The translations under genes were made by a program, and so were the position numbers. From NCBI RefSeq assembly GCF_018977255.1, contig NW_024705501.1:1-39047 (forward strand): DNA of 39,047 nt, written 5' to 3'. The notes beneath the pieces were generated by a model. It was not told where the DNA came from. It worked only from the letters and a program-made list of their open reading frames with translations, and did no database searches. Below, piece after piece: positions 11,137-22,935 of this stretch; position 1 is the stretch's first letter, and each line of letters starts with the position of its first letter. The DNA comes from Callorhinchus milii. Taxonomy: Eukaryota.

Positions 11137-12370
11137 ATTGTCGAACAAATCTAATAGAATTTTTCTGTGAGATACCGGAGAGGGTGGATAAAGGTAGTGC
11201 AGTTGATGTAGTTTATATGGACTTTCAAAAACTACTTGACAAAGTGCCACATAAAAGACTTGCAAGAAAGATAGAAGCCCGTGGTATGAAAGTGATGTTG
11301 GCAACATGGATCCAGAACTGGCTGGGAGACAGAAAGCAAAGAAATGTGGTGAACGGCTGCTTTACTGACTGGAGGGAAGTGTACAGTGGCGTCCTCCACG
11401 GATCGGTATTAGGAACACTGCACTTCTTTATATCCATAAATTATCTGGACTTAGGCATAACAAGTACCATTTCCAAGTTTGTGGATGTCACAACGTTAGG
11501 TAGGGTAGTAAACTTTGAGGAGGATAGCAGGAAACTGCAGGCAGACATAGACAGAATGAGAAAATGGGCAGACACATGGCAGATGTTTTTCAGTGGAGAA
11601 AATCGGGGTAATGGATTTTGGTATATAGAATGAAGGGAGGCAATATAAACTGGTAACATAACCTTAAGAGGGTTAAAAGAACAGAGCGATGTGGGGGTGC
11701 AGGTAAGTGAATCCTTGAAGCTGGCAGGACATGTAGATAAAACTGTAAAAAGGGCAAATGGGATACTAGGCTTTATAAATAAGGGCATTGAGGGCACGAG
11801 TGAGGATGATATGATTAACCTAATACTGGTTAGGCCTCAGTTAGAATACTGCTCCCACTTCTGGGCACCACACTATAGGAAAGATGCTAAGGCATTGGAA
11901 ATGGTGCAGAGGAGATTTACGAGAATGGTACCATGAATGAGCAGTGGATAGAAAGGCTAGGATTATTCTCATTGGAGCAGAGAAGGTTACGAGGAGACGT
12001 AACAAAGTTCTTCAAAATCATGAGGGGATTTGATAGGTTAGTAAAGGTACAAACTGTTTCCACTGGTGGGTGTGTCGGTGCCTCGAGGTCCCAGAATCAA
12101 AATACTATCCAAAAGAAGCAGAGGGGAGTTGAGAAGACATTTTTTTCACGCAGCGAATTGTTCGAATCTGGAACACATTTCCTGAAAGGGCGTTCGAGGC
12201 CTATTCGATAACTGCTTTAAAAAACGCGGTGGATGGGTATTTGAGAAGGACGCATTTGCAGGGCTATGGGGAGTAGGATTGACATTACATTGCTGTATTC
12301 AATGAGTTGGCATAAACTCGATGGGCCAAAAGGCTTCTTTTTTGCCTTACGATTCTGTGATTCTATGATT
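11137..12370 (+). mobile_element. CR1 LINE, 5'-truncated, RT domain to 3' end, frameshifted
   Basis: CRTNLIEFF...VDVVYMDFQK..DKVPHKRL, SGVLHGSVLG, SKFVD (FADD site), LVRPQLEYC..FWAPHY, LGLFSLEQRRLRGD, ending in the (GATTCTAT)n-type tail gattctgtgattctatgatt. Confidence 0.95.
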
Positions 12371-12659
12371 ACGGTCACCCTCCTTTTTATCCTCTCGACT
12401 CACCCAACATCATTTCGGTAATGCGACGAACGGTACTGTACACAATACTCTAATTATTGTCTCAACAATAATTTCTGGAGTGTCATGAACTCCCTACTGT
12501 TATGGCTTGGTATTCATCGTTTGATATATCACAAAATTTGGTTTGTTTTTCTCACTGCCACAGAGCATTGTTGCGTGAGATTCAGTTTATTGTTACACAG
12601 AAAACCCAGTGCCATTTTTTTCTCCATCAATGTTATTTTCCTTCCGATCAAATAATAGC

Positions 12660-12970
12660 TATTGTGTTCCCATATGAAGTTCTTTATATTTTTCCACAAT
12701 GAGCTTAATCTGCCACTGTTCTGCCCAATTCCAAAGCTTGTTCAAAATCCTACTGTCACCTATCTTGTTCAGATTTGCAAACTACTACCTTCATTAGGTA
12801 ATTGTCACATGTAAACGTAGCCACTGTGCTCGTGACTCCTTGTTCCAGATAATTCAACAACAGAGGTCCAAAAGCAAAGCCTTATAGTACTCTAGTAATA
12901 TTTTCCCAGTCAGATGACATTCTTCGTTTTACCATCCTCTGGTCTCTGGTCAAACAATTGGATATCCATC
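12660..12970 (-). mobile_element. Old CR1 RT remnant
   Basis: atctgccactgttctgccca...tcctctggtctctggtcaaacaattggatatccat is the antisense of the CR1 WI..WL..R.QR and W...WQ regions. Confidence 0.45.
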
Positions 12971-13828
12971 ATAATGTAAGCGAAACACAGACAGAGGGAC
13001 ATACACACAGACAAAGAGAGACATGCATGCAGACAAATAGAGGGAGAAACTGACGCGAGAGGGAGAGAGAGTGATCCAGCGCTTCATCGAATTGTCCCAA
13101 ATTGGGGATTGAACACACAAAATGCTGATTCAAGAGGTGCGAATGATGCAACTAATCTAAGCTGACACGCTAATGCTTAGCAGCTGAAACCGCAATTGAT
13201 ACCACAATCTATTTAATGTAAGGAATTCATATTGGAATTATCTCGCACACAAAATAAACAGTCAATTCACTTCACAATATATTTGCGAAGCGTTTCGAGA
13301 AGTTCCAAAGGCCTGATGAATCGCTTTATAAAAGTCAAGGCACTTTATTAATTCTGTGGGGTTATTATTCTGAAACATTTCCTCATAGCTCGATGATCTG
13401 CAACAGTGCCTTCACTGGGGTCCCAAAGCCTTGTTTCTTGTCATCCTGTTCGTAACACACTCCAGAATTAGTTCAAGGAGAGTGCGAGTCTCCAGTGAGA
13501 GAGTGTGCCTTCAATTTCATACACTGTGTGGTTTACATTATTCTTATTATTACATATAATAATTTGTGAATGGCTACATACGTTGACCACTGTTTCTGCT
13601 TTGGATATTTTGATAAAAGCAAACAGCATTTACATAGTATTCTGAACACAGGGTGGCTTCTCGATGTCGAAACCGTGGCGATAGGATTCCGCATGGATGC
13701 CATAACAAGTTGCTAAAAATAAATAATTTACGTAAGTTGCACCGCTCAGGGAGAGCACATGTTTTCCACATGGCTGAATCTCGTTCGTCATCATGTAATA
13801 AATCTTCTGAGTCAAGCGTTCACGTTGG

Positions 13829-13834
13829 TATAAA
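13829..13834 (+). promoter_or_regulatory. Candidate TATA box of the intact GPCR gene
   Basis: TATAAA about 90 nt upstream of ATG 13924, with TGAGTCA (AP-1-like) at 13808-13814. The minus-strand paralog has TATAAG at a similar distance (31051-31056). Confidence 0.3.
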
Positions 13835-13923
13835 TCAGGCTGTGTTTTTCGCTATTCAATCTCATATAGTTATTCTGATCTCTTGTCTGTACCGAGCGGA
13901 GGTACCATCGGTTCTCTGTCGAG

Positions 13924-13993
13924 ATGACAATTGCGCCAATACACAGGATAGAAAACATTTACTATCCGGTTCTCGCTGCCTTTGGAGTTCCTG
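13924..13993 (+). CDS. GPR139-like GPCR (intact paralog), coding exon 1
   Basis: ATG-initiated 70-nt exon MTIAPIHRIENIYYPVLAAFGVP+G, homologous to GPR139 TM1 (YY.....G.PAN). Followed by a GCAAGT donor. Same length as exon 1 of the minus-strand paralog. Missed by the ORF track. Confidence 0.85.
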
Positions 13994-14043
13994 GCAAGTT
14001 GTTTAACTTAATCGTTAGTTAGACGAGTTTGCAGTAAAGTTTG

Positions 14044-14400
14044 CAGCCTGACTCAGTTGGTAGCACTTTCTCCTCTGAATCAGAAAGATGTGGTTTGCAG
14101 ACCCCGACCCGTTGATCTTTGCTGTAGGAGCCGCGATTTGTATATGTATTTAACAAGTAAAGTCCTACTTGATCCTTCAGATATCAATGATCCTGTGGCA
14201 CAATAAAAGAAAGGGGGGATTTGTTTGGAGGTTGTTGGGCAACAACTACTTGCAAAAACCTTCGCGATATGCTTCATAATTTACTTTATATCTGTTTGTT
14301 TGCTTTTAATTGCCGCGATTGCCAGCAAATAGGCTTTTCAGTAAACTCAAATGCTTTGGGATGTTTGGACGCCGAAAGGTGGCGATGCCTCAAATGTTAG
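14044..14400 (+). mobile_element. Old tRNA-headed Deu-domain SINE (SacSINE1/AmnSINE-like) remnant
   Basis: Head gcagcctgactcagttggtagcactttctcctctgaatcagaaag and internal gatcctgtggcacaat...gaaagggg. Confidence 0.5.
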
Positions 14401-14437
14401 TCAGTCTGTACCGTACTATTAATATATATATATTAAT

Positions 14438-14642
14438 GGATTCCTGTCGGTCGGTGGTAAGAGCAATAACATCGCAAGCGAGAGACCAGGGTTCAATTCC
14501 CGGGAGTGCGAAATGTTGCGAAATGGACATAGTAATCCGTACAAAAAATCCAAGTGAGTCTGTGAGACATTTTTGTTTGGAATTGACTGCCGCGATTCAT
14601 CCACAAACGTACAGTCAATTCACTTTACAAAAATAATAATAT
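14438..14642 (+). mobile_element. Degenerate tRNA-Ala-headed SINE, internally deleted
   Basis: ggattcctgt...gtggtaagagc...gcaagcgagagaccagggttcaattcc head followed by aattgactgccgcg...acagtcaattcactttaca. Confidence 0.6.
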
Positions 14643-15049
14643 TCCTCATATTTGGTATTGCACTTTGTATGTACTCCATACATCGCAAAGCGCTGCAGAG
14701 AATATAGTGCACAGAGAATTGTCTTTACACCGATAGATTAAACCCGGCAGCCATTTGCGCATTGCACTATACCACAAACAACCATGGATTTGGCGGCCAG
14801 ATGTTTATTTTAATGATTATTATCCTAGGAAATGTGAACTACCAATTGACTAACAACCGGGTGTCTGCTTACTGCTCGGTAAATGGATATATCAAGTGAA
14901 GCATTTTGATATGTCTATAACAAGTGAAAAGTGTCATATCAAATGCAAGTAAAATTACTATCATGATTATATATTACACAGAGGGAAAAATCGCCACTGG
15001 TTTTATTATTTTAAACTGTGGGTTTAGCCAATGATTATCCATACGTTTG

Positions 15050-15345
15050 ACTCATTTATTAGTGTTCTTACCTCTCAGTTATAAGTTTGCGGATTGAAGA
15101 CCACAACATTACATTGAGCTGAGGGTCCGAACCGTGATAGTCGATGCTTTTGGCCTGTGTTGTTTCCTGGCAATTTACCCACAATTTTAAATTGTAAAAC
15201 TCTGTGCGTTTGGCTGCCGCATTTCGCCCACAAAATATACAGTTAATTCACTTTCAGGTTATTTTGTGAACCTATTTTAGACCTCACAACGAAACGTTAA
15301 AGCGTTGCATCGAACGCAAGCATTTCTATTAATTATTATTAATAA
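15050..15345 (+). mobile_element. Degenerate Deu-domain SINE
   Basis: ctgtgcgtttggctgccgcatttcgccc...atatacagttaattcacttt...gcaagcatt plus a (TTA)n tail. Confidence 0.6.
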
Positions 15346-15544
15346 TTTTATAATTAATGAGGGCCGGATGACAGCCACATATGCAACAGTTTATGATTGT
15401 CTTTCCGAAACATAACCTGTAAGAATTATATAGAAATCATATGTTTAGAATTGTGTACCTTTATTTGATAAACAATTCAACCTGTAGATAGGCAGTAAAA
15501 ATAATCCAAATTGTCAAACTATAATACCTACAGCGATGAGAAAT

Positions 15545-16205
15545 CTACTTCTGTGTGTCTCTGCCTGTCTTTTACTCTCTCTCTATCTCTGTCTCTTTCT
15601 CTTTCACCCTCTCTCTCTCTCTCTCTCTCTATGTCTGCGTGTATGTCTGTACCTTTCTTTGTCTGCATGTAGTTTTGTATCCCACACTATATCAATATGT
15701 GTGTCTCTCTCTACCTATGTAGGTCTGTCTATGAGGATCTCTCCATCTCTCTGTCTGTTTGTGTGATATTTTCTATGTATATCGCCCTGTCAGTTGATAT
15801 CTCTGTATCTGAATCCATCTCTGTATATCTGTTTAACACTCAGTCAGACAGTGCTTGTCGCTATCGCTGTGATTCTCTGATTTCTCTGTCACTGCATTGC
15901 TCAGTAATTATGTATGACTTCATGTGTATTTCTCTCGTGCTGTCTGCTGTGCCTCTCTCTGTCTCTGTGCGTATATTTTTCTGTCTGTGTCTCTGTTTCT
16001 CTATCTGGGTGTGTATCTCTCTCTGTGTCTGGGTGTTTATCGCTGCGTGCGTTTGTGTTTCCCTCTCTCTCTCTCTTTGAATCTCTCTCTCACGCTGTCC
16101 ATGATTGTGTTTCTTTCTCCACCGGTCTCTCTCTCTCATTCTTTCTGATAACGATGATTCTTTTTTGCGCATTGTTTTTGCGTCTCTCTGTGTCTGTCTG
16201 TGTCA
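15545..16205. repeat. CT/TG-rich low-complexity tract (intronic)
   Basis: Degenerate (CT)n/(CTGT)n runs. Confidence 0.75.
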
Positions 16206-16937
16206 GGGAATCGCTCTTCTGTTATCCGTTTAGAAATGATTGACAATTTCTGCTGAATTTGTTTTTCTGTTTTTACTACCGGGAGAGACCACACATACAC
16301 ACAGCGAAACAGCGTTCGAGGGCACAAGCAACATTTATGTGTTTCCGATCGAGAAACACAACCCGTAGGAGTATAGAAACCCTGCATTAAAACTGTATCA
16401 TTTTAATGCAGTTTCACTCCATTTCAGTTACGATACAGACTCTAAACGGGCAATGTAAAAATCATACAAATTTTAAAATAATGATAGAATCCCTGACAAG
16501 ATATCTCTCTTTGCTTCTGTTCTAACAGCTTCTACCATTGTCTGTCTCTAACTTGCGCGTTATCTCTGTACGAGTTCGTATCAAGTGCTCCAAGTCGCTT
16601 GAAGGGCTCTATATAAATCCAAGTGATTGTTGCATCTATCTCTCTCTCTGTCTGTTTGTCTCTGTATCTTTCTGTCTGCGTGTATCGATACCTGTCTCTC
16701 TCTTTCCCTGTTTTGGTACCTTTGCATGTCAGGCATTTGCGAGTCAGGTTTTGTGCGATCACACATCGAATCCATTAGGTTAGATTTTGAGGTGGGAGAG
16801 AAAGTCAACTGTTCTTCATTCAGAGAGTCACTGCTTTCGATTTCTTGATACTTTATTGATTGAAGCGACTTGCTAAGTAAATGCAAGTTGTTGTATTGTT
16901 GTGATGGGCATTTCTCTGTCTCTCTCTCTCTCTCCAG

Positions 16938-17863
16938 CAAACCTGGTGTCGATTGTAATCCTGTCTCGTGGGCGGTGTGGACTCTCCAAATGTATCTCTC
17001 GCTATCTGGTGGCCATGTCCACAGCAGATCTGTTCGTGATTATCACATCAGTGGTTTTCTATCGAGTAATTCTTCCTCATTTCCCGAATTCATTCCTGTC
17101 CATCACACCTATTTGTGCGCTCCTTATAATACTGGCTGCTTCTACAACGTCAATCTCTGTCTGGTTAACTGTGGCTTTCACCTTTGATCGATATGTGGCC
17201 ATTTGTTGCCAAAATCTGAAAACAAAATATTGTTCAGAAAAAACTTCTGTTACAGTTATAGCGGTATTGAGTGCGCTGTGCGTTGTGATAAACATTCCCT
17301 GGGGTTTTATAGTTGAACCAAAGCACATAATTAACGATATACCGTGGGGTTGCGAACCTAAAGTAAGCTATTTCACTTCTCCAACTTGGGCAGCGTTTGA
17401 CACAATTAATTATATTTTAACCCCAATTCTCCCATTCGTTATGATTTTGCTGCTCAACCCCCTGACTGTCAGGCACATACTGGTGGCCAGTAGAGCCCGC
17501 AATAGATTGCGGGGACACAGCAATAGCGACAAGAATAGAGGAAAGAGTGACAGTGATCCGGAGATGAAGAACCGAAAAAAATCCATCGTTTTACTGTTTG
17601 CTATTTCCACCAGTTTTATATTATTATGGATGACATATGTTCTATATTTCTTGTATTGGAGGATTTCTGAAACATATGACGTTACAAGCCCTGATGACCC
17701 GATGTATATGACCTTGCACACTGGTTACATGCTGCAGCTTTTGAGTTCCTGCACAAACACTTGTATTTACGCGGCTACACAGACGAAATTCAGGGAGGAA
17801 CTCAGCAAAGTGGTGACTATTCCTTTCCTTCTAATTGTTAGATTATTTCATTTGCAAAAGTAG
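16938..17863 (+). CDS. GPR139-like GPCR (intact paralog), coding exon 2; spliced product 331 aa
   Basis: (CT)n-CCAG acceptor at 16936-16937, phase 1. Open 7TM frame: ANLVSIVILS, YLVAMSTADL, FTFDRYVAICC, ECL2 PWGC, RKKSIVLLFAIS, LSSCTNTCIY, FREEL. 70+926 nt = 332 codons including stop. Confidence 0.95.
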
Positions 17864-18119
17864 TTTGCGGCTCTGATAACCTGATCGATGAACAGAAACC
17901 TATAAAGCGCCACACTGTCTGTACAAAGCCCCGTTAGGGTCAGAGATAGAGGAAAGCTCCATCCAACCTGACCATCAAAACTTACAGGTCAAGGATACAG
18001 ACAAAGTAAATATTCCTCTTCACCGTCCGTCCAACATCTGATGTAAGAGTGTTTGGAGAGTTGTTCTGATTCGGTTAATACAAGAAGTTGGCGAGTGTCA
18101 ATCTTTCTCTTCATGTGTA

Positions 18120-18930
18120 TTTTGTGATTGAGTACAATTTCATGTTTGTGCTTCTGTTTCGCAGTGTGTGAGTGCATCTGTGTTTTTGTGTGTTTTAGAA
18201 AATATGTGCCAATGTGTGTGTGTGTGTGTGCGTGTTTGTAGGTCAGTGTATGTGCGTGTGTAAGTTTGCACGCGTATGTGTATTCATGTTTTGCTAGTGT
18301 ATGTGCGTGTGTAAGTTTGCACGCTTATGTGTATTCATGTTTTGTTTGTGTTTTAGTAGGTATGTGACAATGTGTGTGTGTGAGTGAGTGTGTAGGTCAA
18401 TGTATGTGCCTTTGTGTCTGCGATTTTATATGTTTTAAGATGTATTTGCGAATCTGTGCGTGACCGTGCGTAGATTAGTGTGTGAGCGAGTGTGTAGAAC
18501 AGTTCGTGTAAATGTCTATGTGCATGTGTAGGTTTCTGTGCGTGTGTGTTTCACTTTCTGTATCAGTTTGTGAGTCTGCGTTTTTGTATCTTTCAGTCTG
18601 TATGTGTGAAATTGTGCTTGCGCTTGTGCTGATCAGTGTGTGTATAGATCAGTGTGTGTATAGACCAGTTTGTGTGTGAGTGTGTGTGCGTGTGTGGGTC
18701 AGTGTGTGTGTGTGTGTGTGATTGTGATGGAGGAAGTCAGTGCATGTGTTTGCTTGAGTGAACGTTTGCTGGTCGGTGTGTGTTTGTGTTTTAGTGTGTG
18801 TGTATTTGTGTGTGTGTGTGTGTGTGTGTGTCGGTGTCTGTGCTTTTGTGTGTTTTATTATGTATGCGTCAATATGCGCGTGTGTGGGTCAGTGTGTGTG
18901 AGAGTGTGTGCGTGTGTGTTTGTGTGTGTT
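18120..18930. repeat. TG-rich degenerate microsatellite tract including a 51-bp tandem duplication (about 18245-18345)
   Basis: (TG)n runs; agtgtatgtgcgtgtgtaagtttgcacgc.tatgtgtattcatgttttg occurs twice in tandem. Confidence 0.8.
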
Positions 18931-19058
18931 GGATACGGGAGCAGTCGCCTTTCCCTCTCCATTACCACACTTCCTCCCATACCATCAATGGTGATACCAT
19001 CCTTATCTGATTGTGTTCATTTCTATTGCTCTCTCTATACATCAAGCACCTCATAAGC

Positions 19059-19380
19059 AAATAATAATATTAATAATCCTTGCATTTGATATAGCGCTTT
19101 TCACGTCAGGAGGACGTCCCAAAGCGCTTCTCAGAACACCCTGTAAAGTGAGTTGACTGTATATTTGTGAGCGAACGCAGCAGCCAATTGCGCACAGCAA
19201 TGTCCCACAAACAGTCGTAGATTGAAAATGACCAATTTATTATTGTTTTTGGTTTTGGAGGGATTATTATTAGGCGTGTGGAGTAAGGAAACTTGCCCGA
19301 GGTTTCGCCCTCTGCCTGGAATTGAACTCAGGTCTCTCACTTGCAAAGCGAGTGCTCTAACCACTGAGCTACAGGTCTCC
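19059..19380 (-). mobile_element. Full-length tRNA-Ala-derived SINE with Deu-type body and L2-like tail
   Basis: Minus strand: GGAGACCTGTAGCTCAGTGGTTAGAGC (A box)...GCTTTGCA...GAGTTCAATTCC (B box); GCTGTGCGCAATTGGCTGC; AAGCGCTTTGGGACGTCCTCCTGACGTGAAAAGCGCT; (TTA)n tail. Confidence 0.92.
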
Positions 19381-20097
19381 ATTTCTGAGTCAAATCCTTG
19401 ACTCCCGTAACCCGATTTGGTGCATCGTGACACCAATAATGTACCACGATCCGCCACATAGAAACCAGAACTATCATAGACACCAGGGGTTAACTTGAGA
19501 ATGTGGACGGATAGTGGTAGATTTGAAAGTGATGTTAGCCTGGAGAGAGAAAGAAAGTTTTCTTGATAGAATAAAATCAGATAGTATTATGTTCAGAATA
19601 GAGAGAGTGCGAGGAGTGGAGCTTGACAAACGTGTGTGTTAATAGTTTGAGAGCAGCACCACAGCCCTTCGCATATCACAACCCTCGCATAATTTCATAC
19701 ACTTTATGTCGCTATAGTGTCTATCAACATAAGTTATTTCCAGGCATTCTGGGTTTTATAGTTGTGTTCCACAAACTGCATGATGCAAATAAGTTAATGA
19801 TTAACCAGTGTAAAATGTCGATATACTGGAGCAAAACTGCATATTTCTTGATCTTTTCTTCTCTGCCCCAACCTCTATTAAAAATGCTATAGAGTACAGG
19901 TATGTGATAGTTCTTTACAATGTCCACCCACCATGTCCACACATGTGCAGAATGGCCTCTCTCGCCTCTGCCCTGAACCCCATGTTCCTGACTATCAGCC
20001 ACGAGTGGCCCTGAAGTTACAGGGACTGAAGCTGCTCACAGTGACTGTCGTCAGACTGGAGCTCACATTGTAAAGCGCTGCGGTTCCCTCTCCATAT

Positions 20098-21421
20098 CAG
20101 TCCAGTCATGTCACCATTACAGTCCAGTCATGTCACCATTACAGTCCAGTCATGTCACCATTACATTCCAGTCATGTCACCATTTAGTCCAATCATGTCA
20201 CCATTACAGTCCATTCTTGTTAACATTACAGTCCAGTCATGTCACCATTACAGTCCAGTCATATCACATTAGAGTCATGCCACCATTACAGTCCAGTTAT
20301 GTCTCCATTACAATCCAGTCATGTCACAATTACAGACCAGTTATGTCACCATTAGAGTCCAGTCATGTCACCATTAGAGTGGAGTCATGTCGCCATTACA
20401 GTCCATTCATGTCTCCATTACAGTCCAGTGATGTCACCATTACAGTCCAGTCATGTCACCATTGCAGGCCAGTTATTTCAACATTACTATCCAGTTATGT
20501 CACCATTACCGTCCAGTCATGTCACAATTATAGTCCATTTAAGTCACCATTACCGTCCAGTCATTTCACCGTTACATTCCCGTCATGTCACTATTAGAGA
20601 CCAGTCATGTCACCATTACTGTCCAGTCATGTCATCATTAAAGTCCAGTTATGTCACTATTACCGTCCAGTCATGTCACAATTACAGTCCATTTAAGTCA
20701 CCATTACAGTCCAGTCATGTCACAATTGCAGTCCCTTCATGTCCACATTACAGTCCAGTCATGTCACCATTGCAGTCCAGTCATGTCACCATTACTGTCC
20801 AGTCATGTCACCATTACAGTCCAGTCATGTCACCATTACTGTCCAGTCATGTCACCATTACCGTCCAGTCATGTAACAATTATAATCCATTTAAGTCACC
20901 ATTACAGTCCAGTCATGTCACTATTGCAGTCCATTCAGGTCACCATTGCAATCCAGTCATGTCACCATTACAGTCCAATCATGTCACCATTACCGTCAAA
21001 TCATGTCACAATTAGAGTCCAATCATGTCAACATTGTAGTCCAGTAATGTCAACATTGTAGTCCAGTAATGTCAGCATTACAGAACACTCAGTCACCATT
21101 AGGGTCCAGTCATGACAGCATTAGCGTCCAGTCATGTTGCCGTTAAAGGCCAGTGATGCCAGCATTAAGGTCCATTCATGTCAGCATTGCAGTCCATTCA
21201 GGTCAATTCTAAGGTGCAGTGATGTCTCAGTAGCAGTATAATGATGTCACTATTACAGTACAGTCATGTCACCATTACAGTCCAGTCATGTCACTTTTAC
21301 AGTCCAGTTCATTGAATCACCGTTACAGTCCAGCTATTCCACCATTACAGACCAATGACGTCACCATTACATTCCAGTGATATCTCAAATGCAGTCCAGT
21401 GATGTCACCATTGCAGTCCAG
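20098..21421. repeat. 22-bp minisatellite, consensus CAGTCCAGTCATGTCACCATTA, about 60 units
   Basis: Head-to-tail units with no spacers; more degenerate towards the 3' end. Confidence 0.95.
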
Positions 21422-21899
21422 GTTGACATTTTCTGCCTCTAACTGAGCTACTTGGGTCACATCCACAGGTTTGCGCTGTGTGAGGGATCGCCACGTAATG
21501 TCTGCATTTGGTATTACTTTGTGAGGCAGATCTTGTGTGTCTGTGTGTGTGTTTGTGTGTGTGTGTGTGCACGTGTGTGAGTCTGAGACTGTGATCTTAT
21601 GTCCACTGCCATTGTAACCTGACAATGGATGTCAAAGCTCTATCTGTTCAGCTCAGTGGAGAGAATACAAATCGTATAATTTTGGTTTATTACTGGTACT
21701 GTGTGTGTCAGATCAGTATTGTCTGCGCTTATTCCTTTTACTGTCATTCATGGGGGATTGACAAATGTTTGCGAATGTTCCGTTTTCACTTCATTCACAA
21801 TGTAACACATTTCTGCATATCTATATCGGTGCAGTTAATGATCAACAACATTTTATCACAACAACAGAAATCCTTTACCCTGTAAACTGACACTATAAG

Positions 21900-22140
21900 G
21901 AGCACTTGCCTGAGTCTATTACTCACTGAGCAGCCAAAGCGTGACAAACTCCGGGAAACACCAGCACATGCTTCGCACAGAGCGAAATACTCTTCGGAAA
22001 ATTACCTGCCTGGTGTATACTTTCCTGGATAAAGTTGTGTAGATTGCGGCGAGCGCTGAGCAGCGCAATGGCATGTCCGTGGTCGCCATCAAGAAGGCTC
22101 AGGACGCCAAAGGCTACAAGACGGTAACTCACCAATTCCA
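21900..22140 (+). mobile_element. Possible old L1/Tx1-type ORF2 C-terminal remnant
   Basis: EILFGKLP...RRALSSAMACPW loosely resembles the Tx1 LFG...W..I.S.K.ALW pattern; locally GC-rich. Confidence 0.2.
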
Positions 22141-22477
22141 CGTCAGGAGTCCTTTGAAGGGACAGACGGAGGAAAGTTTCCTGACCCAGACCAAGGGCAT
22201 CAGCGCCACCGTCTCCTACAAACACAAAAGGGCAACCAGGCAAATAAGCCGACCCCGCTGGGGAAGACAGGGGTCACCAAGAAATGTACTCACGGAGAAA
22301 CGTACAGTGAGAAAGCCAAATTCACCGCGTTAACCACCAGTGTCTAACAGAGTCAGCAAAGCCAAGTCTCCCGGTGCCAAATGACAGAGAAACCGATAGC
22401 GTATAACACGCCAATACCTACCAAAACAAGAAAGCTCTAAAGAAGACGGAATCTGCAGCAGCCTCGAAGACATCTAA

Positions 22478-22935
22478 CCAAACCTAACCTAACATAACAT
22501 AACATAACATAACATAACATAACATAACATAACATAACACGTAGGAGCAGGAGAAGGCCATTCGGACCTTCGAGTCTGTCCCGCCCTTAAATAATGGCTG
22601 ATTTTCCAATCTAACTCCAGCTAATAACCTAACTCTGCCTTATCCCCACATCCCTTAATCCGTTTTGCAATAAGAAATCTATCCATTTCAATCCTGAATA
22701 TGTTCAAGAATTGAGCTTCAACAGCACTTTGGGGCAGTGAGCTCCACACATTCACCACCATTTGAGTGAAGATATTCTTCCTCAAATCAGTGCGAAAGGA
22801 CTGCCTCTGATTTTAAGATTCTAACCACTGGTTTTAGTTTCTCCAACCAGGGGAAACAATCTACCACGATCTATTCGAACATGCACTTTCATGATCTTGT
22901 AGCTTTCTCTAAGATCGCCTCTAATTCGTCTATTA
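22478..22935 (-). mobile_element. CR1 LINE 3' fragment with (AACAT)n microsatellite tail
   Basis: (aacat)n at about 22490-22540, then gtaggagcaggagaaggccattcggaccttcgagtctgtcccgcc and ttcaccaccatttgagtgaagatattcttcct, the antisense CR1 3' end. Confidence 0.85.

Noticed and set aside
12371..12480. Continuation of the V exon or an RSS/J segment after the CR1 tail
   Set aside because: No RQ.PG, YYC, WGxG or convincing heptamer-spacer-nonamer in any frame.
15536..16243. Multiple overlapping ORFs in CT-rich (and 18670-19056 TG-rich) tracts
   Set aside because: Low-complexity microsatellite translations.
16901..16937. ORF-track start MMGISLSLSLSP as the receptor N-terminus
   Set aside because: It is the polypyrimidine tract and acceptor; the true TM1 start is exon 1 at 13924-13993.
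19310..19380. tRNA-Ala genes (also 14438-14512, 31930-31998, 33960-34041)
   Set aside because: These are SINE heads: no acceptor stem and continuous with the SINE body.
20130..21061. Long ORFs (155, 216, 136 aa) as a His/Ser-rich repeat protein
   Set aside because: All three frames give the same permuted 22-aa repeat, as expected from a 22-bp tandem unit; no splice or start context.
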